The notes under the pieces were generated by a model. The model was not told the DNA's origin. It did no database searches and saw nothing but the letters and a program-made list of their open reading frames with translations. Positions 45,161 to 58,380 of a stretch of DNA of 64,000 bases are shown here, piece by piece. The DNA is from an uncultured Gemmatimonadales bacterium (GTDB taxonomy: Bacteria > Gemmatimonadota > Gemmatimonadetes > Gemmatimonadales > GWC2-71-9). Location of the stretch: NCBI GenBank assembly GCA_963821525.1, contig CAWGED010000019.1, positions 576,001-640,000 of the forward strand, read 5' to 3'. The first letter of the stretch is position 1, and every line of letters begins with the position of its first letter. The translations under genes and the position numbers were made by a program.

Positions 45161-47562
45161 ATGCGCCGCCTCGCGCTCGGTTGTACGCTCATCGCTCTAA
45201 TTACCGCCGCCTGCTCCAGCGCCCCCGATCAGGCGACGGCGCCAGCTGCTACGAAGGCGGCCGGTCCGCTTTCCTCACTCAACTGCAGCGCCGATCCGGC
45301 AAGCATCACGGCCCTGTCGATCGACCTCTTCCCTGGCGGCAATCAGAATGCTGTTCTGACGCGCTGGCTCCAGATCGCTGACCTGCTGAGTCCGCCTTCA
45401 CCCTATGACCCCGCATCGGCCAACAGCAATACCTATAGCTTGGTTGACTACATCCTCGGCAAGTATTCCAATGGTCAGACGGTAGGAGGTCAGAGCCCGG
45501 CCAACGCAGCCAAGGTGGTCTCGCTCGTCAACCAGATATTCTGCTTCTCTGGCATCAACGCCTCGCTGTCCGGCTTGGGCCCCGACGAGGGAGCCGGTCT
45601 TTACGGGCCGAACTCCCCGGCCACCCTGATCACCACGGGCAACAAGCAAGGTGGCGTCTCGCTGCCCCCCGGCAACGGGAACGTGACCGCCCAAACGCTC
45701 ATCACCATCCACCGGGTGCCAGACTTCCCCGGTCCGCTGCTGACACCGCTGGACCAGTTCCCGCTGTATTACGAGTTCAGTTCCTCGAGCGGCGAGGAAT
45801 TCAACCTGGACGCGGTGGTCGGCGTCTGCTCTTCGCTCCGGATTTCAGCCGGCTCAGCGTCGCGCACAACGTTCCGGAACCGGCTCCAACACGATCGAGA
45901 TCCTGCCGCTTGCGACCGCAGGATTCCTCGATTGTTCCAATGCCTCACTCAGCCTCGAGTCCCAACCCCTCGCTTCGAGAGTTTGCCAACTGGGGCCTGG
46001 GACGAGTCGGACGGGCGATCCAGTCGGTGCTTGATGCCCGCTCAGCTCTCCGCCGCCAGTGTCCTCGTAACTCGTAGGTTCGCTCGGCGGAACCGCCAAG
46101 AAGTTCAGCCCCTTCGGGACCGTGGATACCCTCGGCTTCGAGACCGGTGCGGCTCCGACCTCAGGCCAGAGTGCCCCGGAAGGCGGGACGGTTACCACCC
46201 CGCCGGCCGTAAACGTCTAGACTCCGCTCGGCGTAGGGATGAAGGGAATCACGGTGACCTTCAGCGTGACCGGTGGTGGTGGCACCCTGACGCCCGCCGG
46301 TGGGGGATCGCCCTCGTCGTCTGTCATCGCAACAACCGATGACACGGGATATGTGGCAACCGGGAGTTGGACCCTCGGTACGGGGACGAATACTGTCACC
46401 GCCGTCGCGACTCCACCCCACCCTGCCAGCGGAATTGACCCCCTCACGGGATTGGCGTTCACTGCCACCGCGAATCCGCCGGTCAAGCTGGGTTACAGCG
46501 TGCAGCCGACCAACCAGACCGCCGGCACTGCCTTCGGGGTGACGGTTGTCGTGCAGGACGTGAATGGCGCGACGGTTCCAGCCTCGAGCGCCGGCGTCTC
46601 GCTGACCTTGAACGGTGGTCCTGCGGGAACCCTGCAGGGCACCGCGACCGCTACCGCGAGCCAGGGCGTCGCCACTTTCAGCAACCTGGTGATCACGCGC
46701 GCGGGGACCTACACCATCACCGCCAGCTCCTCGCCGCTCACCAGTGCGACGAGTTCCAGCTTCACCATTTCGGCCGCAGCCCCTCTAACCATTGCCATCA
46801 ACGCCGGCAATAATCAGACTGCCGCCGAGGGAACTGTCCTCGGTGTCGCGGGAGGAACCACTGCTCCGTCTGTGATCATCAAGGACGCCTACCTGAATCC
46901 AGTCTCGGGAGTCGGGGTCACCTTCGCGGTGGCGAGTGGCGGCGGCGGTGCCAGCGGCAGCTAGCCAGACCACGAGCGCCAGCGGCATCGCGACGGTCGG
47001 CAGCTGGACCATCGTAGCTGGAACCAACACCCTGACGGCGTCGGCGCCCTCCATGGGAGTGCTCGCCTTTGTGCAGTTCAGCGCGACCGGCACTTCCACC
47101 ACGACGGTGCTGGCCAACTGCTCGCCGACCAATGGCAACGGCGACGAGCTTACCCGGGCGTTCTATGTCAACAAGCTTGGCAAGACGATCAAGCAGGTGA
47201 CGCTCTACCTGGCGTCCAACGATCCGGCCAGCGGTCCCACGCCTTACACGATCCAGCTCCAGGCCAGCGCCGAGAGCTTTGGCGCGACGCCCTTTGGGAC
47301 CAGCACTCAGAACGTGATCCTGAAGGGCCAGGCTGGCCAGAACCTTCCCACGAATTTCATCTTCCCCAACTCGGCGATTCCTAACGGGACCAAGAACGTG
47401 GCCTTCCAGTTCAAGGTCCTCAGCAATCCCAATAACGCCAAGGTGTTCTTCGCGCGCGGTGCGACGAGCTGCAGTTCCATCACCGAAACCGCCGGCGTGT
47501 TGCCCCTCCCGCTGAGCACCCCACTCGGCAAAGGCGTGGGAGTGAGGATCCTGGGGAACTAA
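45161..47562 (+). CDS. Large Ser/Thr/Gly-rich lipoprotein with Ig-like (Big-1-like) domains (frameshifted)
   Basis: Lipobox ITAAC. Repeated VTF.V..GGG……TT…G.A…SWT.G.GTNT.TA units in ORFs 46239 and 46936. Confidence 0.75.
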
Positions 47563-47584
47563 GCCCGGGAGCAGGACGATCAGG

Positions 47585-47619
47585 AGACAGCCCCGACGAT
47601 TGTCGGGGCTGTCTTCGTT
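47585..47619 (+). terminator. Intrinsic terminator-like hairpin
   Basis: AGACAGCCCCGAC-gatt-GTCGGGGCTGTCT, a 13-bp stem followed by TCGTT. Confidence 0.7.
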
Positions 47620-47706
47620 AGGGCACTTTGGCATCCTAGGTCGCGCAGAAGTGACCCTCTAACTCCTTGAAATCCTGCCGTTTCCTGCCAAATCGGCGGA
47701 AAGTCA

Positions 47707-47721
47707 CGGTACATGGCTTGC
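47707..47721 (+). promoter_or_regulatory. Candidate sigma54 promoter of dnaK
   Basis: CGGTACA-TGGC-TTGC gives GG-N10-GC spacing with an intact TTGC, ~77 nt before the ATG. Confidence 0.4.
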
Positions 47722-47755
47722 CCTTCCGCGCCTCGATCACCGCCGGCCTCAGTAA

Positions 47756-49712
<1,957 letters not shown>

Positions 49713-49877
49713 AGCATTAAGCCTGTTAGCTTTTAGCCGTTGGCTTTGAGCCGGGGAGTCTCCGGCCGGGGCCAACGGCTGTTATTTTTGGCAGATCGTA
49801 ACGGAATGCGACGCAAACCACCGACGGCGCATCCCACGTAGACTAGATTGTTTGCCGAGCCCCTTTGGGAGAAACCG

Positions 49878-51437
49878 ATGTCCGTACGTACTTTGAACTG
49901 GCTCAAGTTCGGTGGGTTGGTGATCCTGGCCTTTGCGCTGGGACTCTTGTTCGCCGGCCTGCTGGATCTGCCCAACCGATCCACCGCCCAGGAAACAGCT
50001 TCTTCAGTCATCACGCCGGTACAGGCACCGTCGACCTCCGCCACACGGTCGCTGACGGAGCTAAGCGACGCTTTCGCAACCGTCGCCGAGCAGGTTAGGC
50101 CGAGCGTGGTGTTCATCCGCAGCCAGCGGACCGAGACGGCATCGCGTCAGCAGCAGCCGCAGATGCCCCCCGGCTTCGAGCACTTCTTCCCCCGTCAGCC
50201 ACGACGTCCTGAAGTAGAGCGCGGCTCGGGATCCGGGTTCATCGTCTCGACCGACGGCTATATCCTGACCAACAACCATGTGGTGGAAGGGGCCGAGAAG
50301 GTCACCGTCCGCCTGGTCGATCGGCGTGAGTTCGAGGCGAAAGTGGTAGGGACCGACCCGCTCACCGACGTAGCAGTTCTCAAGGTGCCGGCCAAGGGGC
50401 TCACCGCGGCGGCGCTGGGCAACAGCGATGACGATCGGGTCGGCGAATGGGTGCTGGCCATCGGCAATCCACTCGGAGATCAGTTCACCTTCACCGTCAC
50501 CTCCGGCATCATCAGCGGCAAAGGACGGCGCCTGCAGGGGCTTCAGCGCAGCCAGTCCACCATCGCCGACTTCATTCAGACCGATGCGGCCATCAATCCG
50601 GGCAACTCTGGCGGCCCGCTGGTCAACGTGAAGGGCGAGGTCATCGGTATCAACTCCGCGATTGCGAGTGAGACCGGGTTCTACTCGGGATATGGCTTCG
50701 CGATTCCGATCAATCTGGCCCGCGTCGTCATGAATCAGCTGGTCACTTCGGGTAAGGTGCACCGCGCGGCCCTGGGTATCCTGGTCGAGGACGCGAGCCC
50801 AACTGACGCCGAGTACGTCGGACTGGATGAGATTCGGGGCGTGCTGGTCCGGGGCTTCCCGGACAGCGTGGCCTCACCAGCGGAGAAGGCGGGCCTCGAG
50901 CAGGGCGACGTGATCATCGCGATCGACGGCAAGCCGGTGAATTACGTGGCCCAGCTCCAGCAGGTGGTCGGCTTCCGGCAGTCCGGCGAGATGGTAAAGG
51001 TCGAAGTCGCCCGGAAGGGTGGAGTGCGGAAGACCTTCAACGTCCGCTTGATGGAGCAGCGCGAGGAGACTCCGGTCGCCGAGCGCGAGGACAGCGAGCA
51101 GCCGGAGAGCAATCGCAACGCCGTCGCCATGGATCTTCTGGGAGTCTCGGTGCAGACCGTGACTCCGGCTATTGCGGAAGATTACGATCTGGACCAGAAC
51201 ACTAAGGGCGTGCTCGTGGTGGATGTCCAGCCAAACGGTCCCGCCTACGAGACTCTCTATCCGCCCGATGAAGGCGGACCCGACATCATTCAGTCGGTCG
51301 AGGGCAAGTCGGTGAAGAACGAGGCAGAGCTTCGCGATGCCCTGAAGGCCTCCGGCAAGGGGTCGATCGTAACCCTGAAGATCTTCAACGCCCGGGTTGG
51401 TCAGTCCCGGATCGAGCGGGTGAAGCTCACCCCGTAA
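49878..51437 (+). CDS. htrA: HtrA/DegP-like serine protease with two PDZ domains
   Basis: GSGSGFI, TNNHVV, DVAVLK and QTDAAINPGNSGGPL motifs, followed by two PDZ domains. Confidence 0.93.
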   Translation: MSVRTLNWLKFGGLVILAFALGLLFAGLLDLPNRSTAQETASSVITPVQAPSTSATRSLTELSDAFATVAEQVRPSVVFIRSQRTETASRQQQPQMPPGFEHFFPRQPRRPEVERGSGSGFIVSTDGYILTNNHVVEGAEKVTVRLVDRREFEAKVVGTDPLTDVAVLKVPAKGLTAAALGNSDDDRVGEWVLAIGNPLGDQFTFTVTSGIISGKGRRLQGLQRSQSTIADFIQTDAAINPGNSGGPLVNVKGEVIGINSAIASETGFYSGYGFAIPINLARVVMNQLVTSGKVHRAALGILVEDASPTDAEYVGLDEIRGVLVRGFPDSVASPAEKAGLEQGDVIIAIDGKPVNYVAQLQQVVGFRQSGEMVKVEVARKGGVRKTFNVRLMEQREETPVAEREDSEQPESNRNAVAMDLLGVSVQTVTPAIAEDYDLDQNTKGVLVVDVQPNGPAYETLYPPDEGGPDIIQSVEGKSVKNEAELRDALKASGKGSIVTLKIFNARVGQSRIERVKLTP

Positions 51438-51460
51438 CCGGGATAGAGTCCCGGGACTTC

Positions 51461-51489
51461 GAAGAGGCCGGCTTTTTGCCGGCCTCTTC
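51461..51489 (+). terminator. Terminator-like hairpin after htrA
   Basis: GAAGAGGCCGGC-ttttt-GCCGGCCTCTTC, a 12-bp perfect stem. Confidence 0.65.
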
Positions 51490-51553
51490 TCGTATCCACC
51501 TGTTTCTCGTTGGGGAAGACCACAGCCAAGTTATTGGTAACAGGAGGCTTGCG

Positions 51554-52120
51554 ATGCTTAAGGCCAGGCTGGTGTTGAGCGCGGTGCTGGCGATCAGTAT
51601 CGCCGCAACTCGCGTCTCGGCACAGGATCGCTGGGCAAATGCCGACCAACAGCTGGCCCGGCTCGACCCGTCGGCATTCACCAAGGTGCCCCCTGGTGTC
51701 GTCGCGGCGCTCCAAGCCAAGCACTGCACGATCCCCCAGGCCACCGGCGATCCGGCCCCCCACAACATTATCCGCGGGAGCTTCGTCAAACCCGGTCAAA
51801 CCGACTGGGCGGCACTCTGCTCCCGCGCCAAGGCCTCCGCGATCATGATCGTCTGGGGTGGTGAAGCGGCCTGCTCCGATGAGCTGGAGGTCCGGGAGGA
51901 CCGGGCCTATCTCAAGCGGGTAGCGGGAGACAAGATCGTCTTCACTCGCCGCATCGCCCCAGCCAGCCGCGAAGGGATTCAGCGTCTCTACGACCGCTAT
52001 GGCGGCGTGAAGCCTCCGGCCACCAATCGCCAGGGAATCGAGGACATCACCGAGGGCGAGGGGTCGGAGATTCGGTTGTGCAATGAGGGGAGATGGATTG
52101 AGCTGACGGGACGGCAGTAG
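51554..52120 (+). CDS. Hypothetical secreted protein
   Basis: AGGAGG RBS, signal peptide ending VSA-Q, coding-like GC3 bias. Confidence 0.75.
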   Translation: MLKARLVLSAVLAISIAATRVSAQDRWANADQQLARLDPSAFTKVPPGVVAALQAKHCTIPQATGDPAPHNIIRGSFVKPGQTDWAALCSRAKASAIMIVWGGEAACSDELEVREDRAYLKRVAGDKIVFTRRIAPASREGIQRLYDRYGGVKPPATNRQGIEDITEGEGSEIRLCNEGRWIELTGRQ

Positions 52121-52122
52121 TC

Positions 52123-52425
52123 GGCGGACCAAGAGCGGGCGGACCTAAAAGGGGCGGACCAAAAGCGGGCGGACCTAAAAGCGGGCGGACCGGCGGACAT
52201 AAGCCGTAGGCGATAAGCCGTAAGTGCACCTCATCCCGAGGCGCGAAGCGACGAGGGATCTAGTCCCCTTACCTTGGACTCCGGGTAAGGACGCTAGATC
52301 CCTCGCTGCGCTCGGGATGAGGTGCCTTTTGCTTATGGCTTATGGCTTATGGCCTACGGCTTACGGCTTATGGCTTACGGCCTATGGCTTACAGCTTTGT
52401 CTGACGGCTAACAGCTGACGGCTAG
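52123..52425. repeat. Nested repeat region: GGCGGACC 15/16-mers, inverted heptamer arms (CATAAGC/GCTTATG) and a ~100-bp palindromic element (52226-52325)
   Basis: GCACCTCATCCCGAG…GAGGGATCTAG pairs with CTAGATCCCTC…CTCGGGATGAGGTGC. About 9 GCTTA[TC]G-type units follow. Confidence 0.85.
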
Positions 52426-52985
52426 TTCAGCTGAGTAGTAGGCACGTAAACCTGAATCTCCGCATCCTGCCCCGGCAGTACGTGCACCCCGCAGTACCAA
52501 GTGTCCCCAAACGCTCCCGCATCGGTCGGGATCACGTGCAGGTCGTACTTGGCAGACTCGAGTCCGGCGATCGAGAAACTTCCGTCGACATCGGTTTCTA
52601 TATCGGCCACGACGTCGTCCTGAGGACGTCCGCAACCTTCGACCGGGGGAGGCGGCGGCGGAGGTGGCGGCGGCGGTGGAAACCCAGACCCAGTGGTGTC
52701 ATGCAGGAAAGCCAGCCCGTGCCCTTGGATGGCGGCGGGGTCGTCGGGCTGCCCAAAGGGTAGCGAATCGGTCGGCACCGAGCCCGCGAAGATCACGACG
52801 ACGCGGCTCGGCACACTGACCGCGGTACTGTCGGGACCAAAGGTCAGTCCATTGACCTGGCCGCTGATCGACGAATTGCCCCCGTGCAGCCCGGAAGCGG
52901 GTGACAGGGTTGGGGATGAGTTGTCGCTGCAGGCGGCGAGCACCAGCGAAGCGAGCAGCAGCCCCCGGATCGGGTGGTTCTGCAT
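52422..52985 (-). CDS. Hypothetical lipoprotein with poly-Pro linker and transthyretin/carboxypeptidase-regulatory-like fold
   Basis: Lipobox LAAC, a 12-residue Pro run, and the TDVDGSFSIAGL…YDLHV pattern. Confidence 0.75.
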   Translation of the reverse strand: MQNHPIRGLLLASLVLAACSDNSSPTLSPASGLHGGNSSISGQVNGLTFGPDSTAVSVPSRVVVIFAGSVPTDSLPFGQPDDPAAIQGHGLAFLHDTTGSGFPPPPPPPPPPPPVEGCGRPQDDVVADIETDVDGSFSIAGLESAKYDLHVIPTDAGAFGDTWYCGVHVLPGQDAEIQVYVPTTQLN

Positions 52986-53145
52986 CAAGTCCTCTCAAGC
53001 TCAAGACGTTGTGGTTTTCCGGCCCGCCTGTCCGTCCACTGACTAGGAGCGGGCGCTATCTGCGGTCCTGACAACAAGACCCGCCCGACCTGTCTCCCGT
53101 CACTCGTTTCAACTCGCGCCGGCCGCCGGACCTGAGGTGTGACAG

Positions 53146-53718
53146 ATGGCCCTGTCATCGGGTCTCTCAGAGGTGAGCCAGACCGATGCCGTCCTCGTGC
53201 AACGCGCCCTGGCCGGCGATCAGGCTGCGTATGCCGAGCTGATGGCACGGCACCGGCGCCGGCTGGAAAGATACGCCTGGTTTCTGCTGGGCAACCGGGA
53301 AGATGCCGAAGAGGTATTACAGGACACGTTCTTGCGCGCGTTCAGGGGACTCGACCGCTGCCAGGAGCCATCCCGGGTCGGGACCTGGATGTTCCGGATT
53401 CTGGTGAACCGCTGCCGGAGCCGGCTAGCCAGGGTCGACCTGATCGAGCGGGGCGCGGCGGCCGATGCGGCATTCGCTGTGGCACGGTCGGAGGGCGAAT
53501 CGGAGCGGGGCGAGTGGCGCGAGGAAATCGAGCGAGCCCTGAAGGAGCTTACTCCCGATCAGCGAGAGGCCTTCTTGCTCAAACACGTCGAAGACTTCAG
53601 TTATCAGGAAATCGAGTCGCTCACCGGCGCACCGGCTTCCGCCCTGCGCATGAGGGTGCTGCGGGCGTGCGAAGGACTGCGCCGCCGTTTGCGGGAAGGA
53701 TCACCAGATTATGCCTGA
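53146..53718 (+). CDS. ECF (sigma-70 group 4) RNA polymerase sigma factor
   Basis: DAEEVLQDTFLRAF, WMFRILVNRC, and region 4.2 LTPDQREAFLLKHVEDFSYQEI. Confidence 0.95.
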   Translation: MALSSGLSEVSQTDAVLVQRALAGDQAAYAELMARHRRRLERYAWFLLGNREDAEEVLQDTFLRAFRGLDRCQEPSRVGTWMFRILVNRCRSRLARVDLIERGAAADAAFAVARSEGESERGEWREEIERALKELTPDQREAFLLKHVEDFSYQEIESLTGAPASALRMRVLRACEGLRRRLREGSPDYA

Positions 53719-54235
53719 TTCCGAAGACCGGATAGACGATCCCGTAGTCGCCGCGGTTGTGGCGGAGCTCAAGCACGGACCGGTGCCCTCGCTCTTGGTC
53801 GAGGATCGAGTGATCGGCGCCCTCAATCATGACCTCAAGGCTCATCGAGTGCGGTCGCGGCTCCAATCTCTGGCTCGGGCGGCTGCGATAATGCTCCTGG
53901 TGGCGGGAAGTGTAGTCGCTACCTGGCTCGGCTCCCGCCGGCTGGTAGGTTCGCCGGAGGCCATCGGCGCAGCGAGCCAACCGGTCAGATTCACCCTGGA
54001 GGCTTCCGGCCTCAGGCGAGTCGCGGTTGTAGGAGACTTCAACAACTGGGACCCTCGCGCGACTCCTATGCGGCGCCATGGTGGGACCTGGGACATCACC
54101 CTGCCCCTCCGGCCCGGCCGCTACCGCTACAGCTTCGTCGCGAACGATCAGGAGTATCTCGCCGATCCAGGACGCCCACCCGCAGGCGACGATGATTTCG
54201 GAACTCCGACCTCGGTCATCACGGTGGTGAACTGA
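53711..54235 (+). CDS. Putative anti-sigma factor: TM helix plus CBM48/AMPK-beta-like glycogen-binding domain
   Basis: Overlaps the sigma gene. TM AAAIMLLVAGSVVATWL, then VAVVGDFNNW…LPLRPGRYRYSF…D..D.FG. Confidence 0.85.
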   Translation: MPDSEDRIDDPVVAAVVAELKHGPVPSLLVEDRVIGALNHDLKAHRVRSRLQSLARAAAIMLLVAGSVVATWLGSRRLVGSPEAIGAASQPVRFTLEASGLRRVAVVGDFNNWDPRATPMRRHGGTWDITLPLRPGRYRYSFVANDQEYLADPGRPPAGDDDFGTPTSVITVVN

Positions 54236-54816
54236 TGGTCACCAAGGCAATTCTTCTGCTCTCGGTTTTCGGGTTCGGATCGCTGTTAGCTCAAGACTCC
54301 AGACTCCAGACTCGTCTCCCCGCCGACGTCGCAAGTCAAGTACAACGACTGGTAGATAGCGCTGCACAAAGCGGCCTTCCGACCGAGCCCCTGATCCAGA
54401 AGGCCCTCGAGGGTCAAAGTAAGGGAGCTGAGGGAACCCGCATTGTTGCCGCGGTTCGGACTCTTTCCGGCCAACTCGGTGAATCGAAGACCGCACTGGG
54501 CCCCAGTGCTCCTGAGGCCGACATCGTAGCGGGTGCGGCCTGCCTCAAGGCCGGCGCCACTCCGGCGATGATCACCGAGCTGCGCCGGCTCCGTCCCGAG
54601 CAGTCGGTTGCCGTCCCGCTCGGAGTGCTGAGCGATCTGGTCGCACTCGGCGTCGACGTGCCCAAGGCGTGGGAGCAGGTCCACTCGCTCGCCGCGGCAC
54701 ACGGGCCCGATACCGATTTCCTCGCTCTGCGCGACCGGGTCAGCGCGCCGAACACCAGGCAGCCACCGGGGCCGGTACAGCCCAAGCTGGTGCCGTCAGG
54801 TAACTCGCCGCCATGA
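54235..54816 (+). CDS. Hypothetical secreted helical protein
   Basis: Signal peptide; start and stop overlap both neighbouring genes. Confidence 0.8.
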   Translation: MVTKAILLLSVFGFGSLLAQDSRLQTRLPADVASQVQRLVDSAAQSGLPTEPLIQKALEGQSKGAEGTRIVAAVRTLSGQLGESKTALGPSAPEADIVAGAACLKAGATPAMITELRRLRPEQSVAVPLGVLSDLVALGVDVPKAWEQVHSLAAAHGPDTDFLALRDRVSAPNTRQPPGPVQPKLVPSGNSPP

Positions 54817-55953
54817 GAGCGACGCGGGCACCATGGGTTGCGGTCGCATTGATCCTGAGCTGGTCCCCAGCTCAGGCGCAGGTGCAAGGATCGGTCGAAA
54901 CAGGGCTCGGGGGAATGCAGTATCAGGGAAATCCGGGTGCCATCGCGTCGCTCGCGCCGAGTCTCTCCTGGTCGAGTTCGTTCTTCCGTATGAGCGCCGA
55001 GGGTGCGTATACCGGTTTCGGAGACGAGCGTGAGGGGACGGCCGGTCGCGCCAGCGCTTCGCTATTCGGCAGGCTTGGCGAGCGATTCATGGCAGAAGGC
55101 TTTGGTACCGCCACGGGACAAACCGGGCCTCACCTCTCCGAAGGCGCCTGGCTGGCCGGAGCAAGGCTTCATTACCTGGGGGGATCGCAGGGACTATGGC
55201 TGGGTGGCGCGCGCGGGAGCGAACCCGGCAGCCCGACATGGAGAATTGAAGCAGGGTACTGGCATGACCTGGGTCCCGTCAGCCTCCAGCTCCAGGCGGG
55301 ACAGACGATGATACAGGCTACCGAGCTCCGGACGAGGCTCGGCTCCGACACGCTCACCGTCGATACCGTCCTCGTCAATCAGAGCAAAGCCCGAAGCGAT
55401 CTCTCGGCCTGGCTCAGATGGGCTGGGGGTCCGTTCCAGTTGGGGCTGGGTGCCGGCCGGCATGGGAACATCGCTCGACCGGCGGATGTGTGGTGGGAAT
55501 CTGAAGCGGCCTGGTGGATCTCTCCGCGGTTTGCGCTGGTGGGGGCCGCCGGCGACCGGCCCACGGATCTGACTCTGGGGATGACCGGAGGGCGCTACCT
55601 GCTGCTCTCGATTCGCGCCAACCTCACGGCTCCAGCTCCACGGATTCCGCTTCCTGTCCCCGCGAGGGTGTCAACAGGCTTTCGCATCGAGCGAATCAAC
55701 TCGAACGCAGTTGAATTCAGTCTGCCTGGCCGTGGGGCACACCTGGTGGAGCTGATGGGTGATTTCACCGACTGGAAGCCGGTGCCGCTGGAGTACGCTT
55801 CCTCGGGATGGTGGCGCATCGTGCTGCCGGTGAGCGATGGAGTTCATCAGGTCAACGTGCGCTTCGATGAAGGGATCATGGGAGGCGCCGCCTGGAGTGA
55901 CCGCGGTAGCCGATGAGTTTGGGGGAGTATCGGGACGCATCGTCGTTCAGTAG
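54813..55953 (+). CDS. Secreted / outer-membrane beta-rich protein with C-terminal CBM48-like domain (frameshift ~55875)
   Basis: Signal peptide AQA-Q, alternating beta-strand pattern, VELMGDFTDW…GVHQVNVRFD, and a shifted tail …DEFGGVSGRIVVQ*. Confidence 0.8.
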
Positions 55954-55975
55954 GCAGAAAACCAACGTGATTTCG

Positions 55976-56008
55976 AGGTCCTGGCCGTACTCGGTCGGGA
56001 CCTTTCTT
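55976..56008 (+). terminator. Intrinsic terminator-like hairpin
   Basis: AGGTCCTGGCCG-tact-CGGTCGGGACCT (with G:U pairs) followed by TTCTT. Confidence 0.6.
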
Positions 56009-56075
56009 GTCTCTGGCACCGGCGCCAGCATGCCCGTATCGTTCTGCACTCAGCAACCCGACCCCGGACTCGATC

Positions 56076-58339
56076 GTGCCAGCCCAAGCCGAACAATTGC
56101 GGAGTGCCTTGAGCGACCGCTACACCATCGAGCGCGAGCTCGGGCGAGGCGGGATGGCGACGGTGTACCTCGCACGGGATCTCCGGCACGATCGTCCGGT
56201 CGCGCTCAAGACGCTGCACCCCGAGCTCGCCTTGAGCCTCGGCAGCGACCGGTTTCTCCGGGAGATCCGTCTTACTGCGCGGCTTCAGCATCCCCACATC
56301 CTCACCGTGCTGGACTCGGGTGACGCGTCCGGGCTGCTCTGGTTCACCATGCCGTTCATCGACGGCGAGAGTCTACGGGCTCGACTGCTGCGCGAACGAC
56401 GGCTCGAGGTGGAACCAGCGCTCAAGATCGTGCGCGAAGTAGCCGACGGGCTGGCTTATGCCCACGAGCACGGCATCGTGCACCGCGACATCAAGCCGGA
56501 GAACATCCTCCTCTCCGGTGGGCATGCACTCCTGGCCGACTTCGGCATCGCACGCGGATTCCGCTCCGAGAACGAAACCCAGCTCACAGTCATCGGTCTC
56601 GCGGTAGGCACTCCTGCCTACATGAGTCCCGAGCAGGCGGTGGGAGAGGCGGTTGATCCCCGGAGCGACATCTACAGCCTGGCCTGTGTGCTCTACGAGA
56701 TGCTTGCGGGTCAAGCGCCGCACGGCGGTGCTAGTGCCCAGGGCATGATCGCCGCACGGTTCACGACTCCACCCAAGGGCCTGCGGCAAATGGGAGTGGA
56801 TGTTCCCGAGGCGGTCGAGTCGGCGACCCTCAGGGCGCTCTCCCCTGCTCCGAATGACCGGTTCACCACGGCGGCGGAGTTCTCGGCGGCATTGAGTGCG
56901 GCTCCCAAGCCCAGGGCAACCCCGATTCCCGACAAGTCGCTCGCGGTACTGCCGTTCCTCAATCTCAGTCCAGACCCCGAGAACGAGTTCTTCGCCGACG
57001 GAATGACCGAGGAGCTGATCGGCGCACTCACCAAGGTGGACGGGCTGCACGTCGTCTCCCGGACATCGGTCTTCGCTTTCAAGGGAAAGCAGCAGGACAT
57101 CCGATCGATTGGCAGCCAGCTCAACGTGCGCACCGTGCTCGAAGGCAGCGTGCGGCGGGCGGGGCGACGCCTGAGGGTCGCGGTGCAGCTCACCGACGTC
57201 GACAACGGTTACCATCTTTGGTCCGACAGCTTCAATCGTGAGCTGGAGGACGTGTTCGCGATCCAGGACGAGATCTCGCGGGCCATCGTAAATGCGCTGC
57301 GAGTGCGACTGTTCGGAGCGGCGCCTGTACTGGGAGCTGTACCGGCACGCGCCGATGCGGACCCTGGTCCGGCGTGCCACCGACGACATCGAGGCCTACA
57401 GTGCCTACCTGAAGGGCCGTCATTTCTGGAACCGGCGCCACGAGGCGGACCTGCGGAAGGGTCTCGATTTCTTCCAACAGGCTCTGGCCCGCGATCCCAA
57501 CTACGCCCTGGCCCACGCCGGCATCGCCGATTCCTACGCGATCCTGGGCTTCTACTGCATGATGCCGCCGACCGAGGCGTTTCCCGCCGCAAAGGCCGCG
57601 GCGCTCAGAGCCCTCGAGATCGATCCGACCCTGGCCGAGCCGCATCCTACGCTGGCGTACTGCGCGATGTATCACGACTGGGACTGGACCGAAGCGGAGC
57701 GGGAATTCCACACTGCGATCGAGCTGAATCCGGGGTATTCCACCGGCCACCAGTGGTACGGAAACTTCATGGCAGTGATGGGACGGCGGGATGAGTGCGT
57801 TGCGGAATTCGAGCGGGCGGTTGCCTTGGATCCGCTGTCGGGGCTCAAGATAGCCGCGGTCGGATGGGGCTACTACTTCGGGAGACGCTGGGACGAGTCG
57901 ATCGCACAGTCGACTCGGGCTCTGGAGCTGGATCCCACTCTGGCCGTGGCTCACTGGTGGATGGGGCTGGCGTTGGGCCAGATCGGCCAGTTCGACCGGG
58001 CGATCGCGGAATTCGAGGAGGGAGTCCAGCTCTCCAACCGGAATTCGGTAGGGCTCGCGATGCTGGGGAATTGTCTGGCGACGGTCAGGCCGGCTTGCAG
58101 GCGCTCGCGAGATCCTGAACGAGCTGTACGCGATCGAGCGGGAGCGATACGTCTCGTCCTATGATATCGCGGTGGTACTGGCCGGCTTGGGAGAGGTGGA
58201 TTCGGCGGTCGATCGACTCGAGCAGGGTTACAAGGAGCGGACTCACTGGATGGCACTGCTCAGGGTAGATCCCCAGTTGGATCCCTTGCGAGACCATCAC
58301 CGGTTCAAGCGGTTGCACGAGAGTTTGCGATTCCCATAG
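56076..58339 (+). CDS. K16: cytoplasmic Ser/Thr kinase - TolB-N-like - TPR (frameshifts ~57360, ~58090)
   Basis: HRDIKPEN and DFG motifs, SLAVLPFLNLSPDPENEFFADGMTEEL, TPRs, no TM segment. Confidence 0.92.
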
Positions 58340-58380
58340 AAGGAGCACTGGCCTTATTTCCGACCTCGATTGAGACCACA

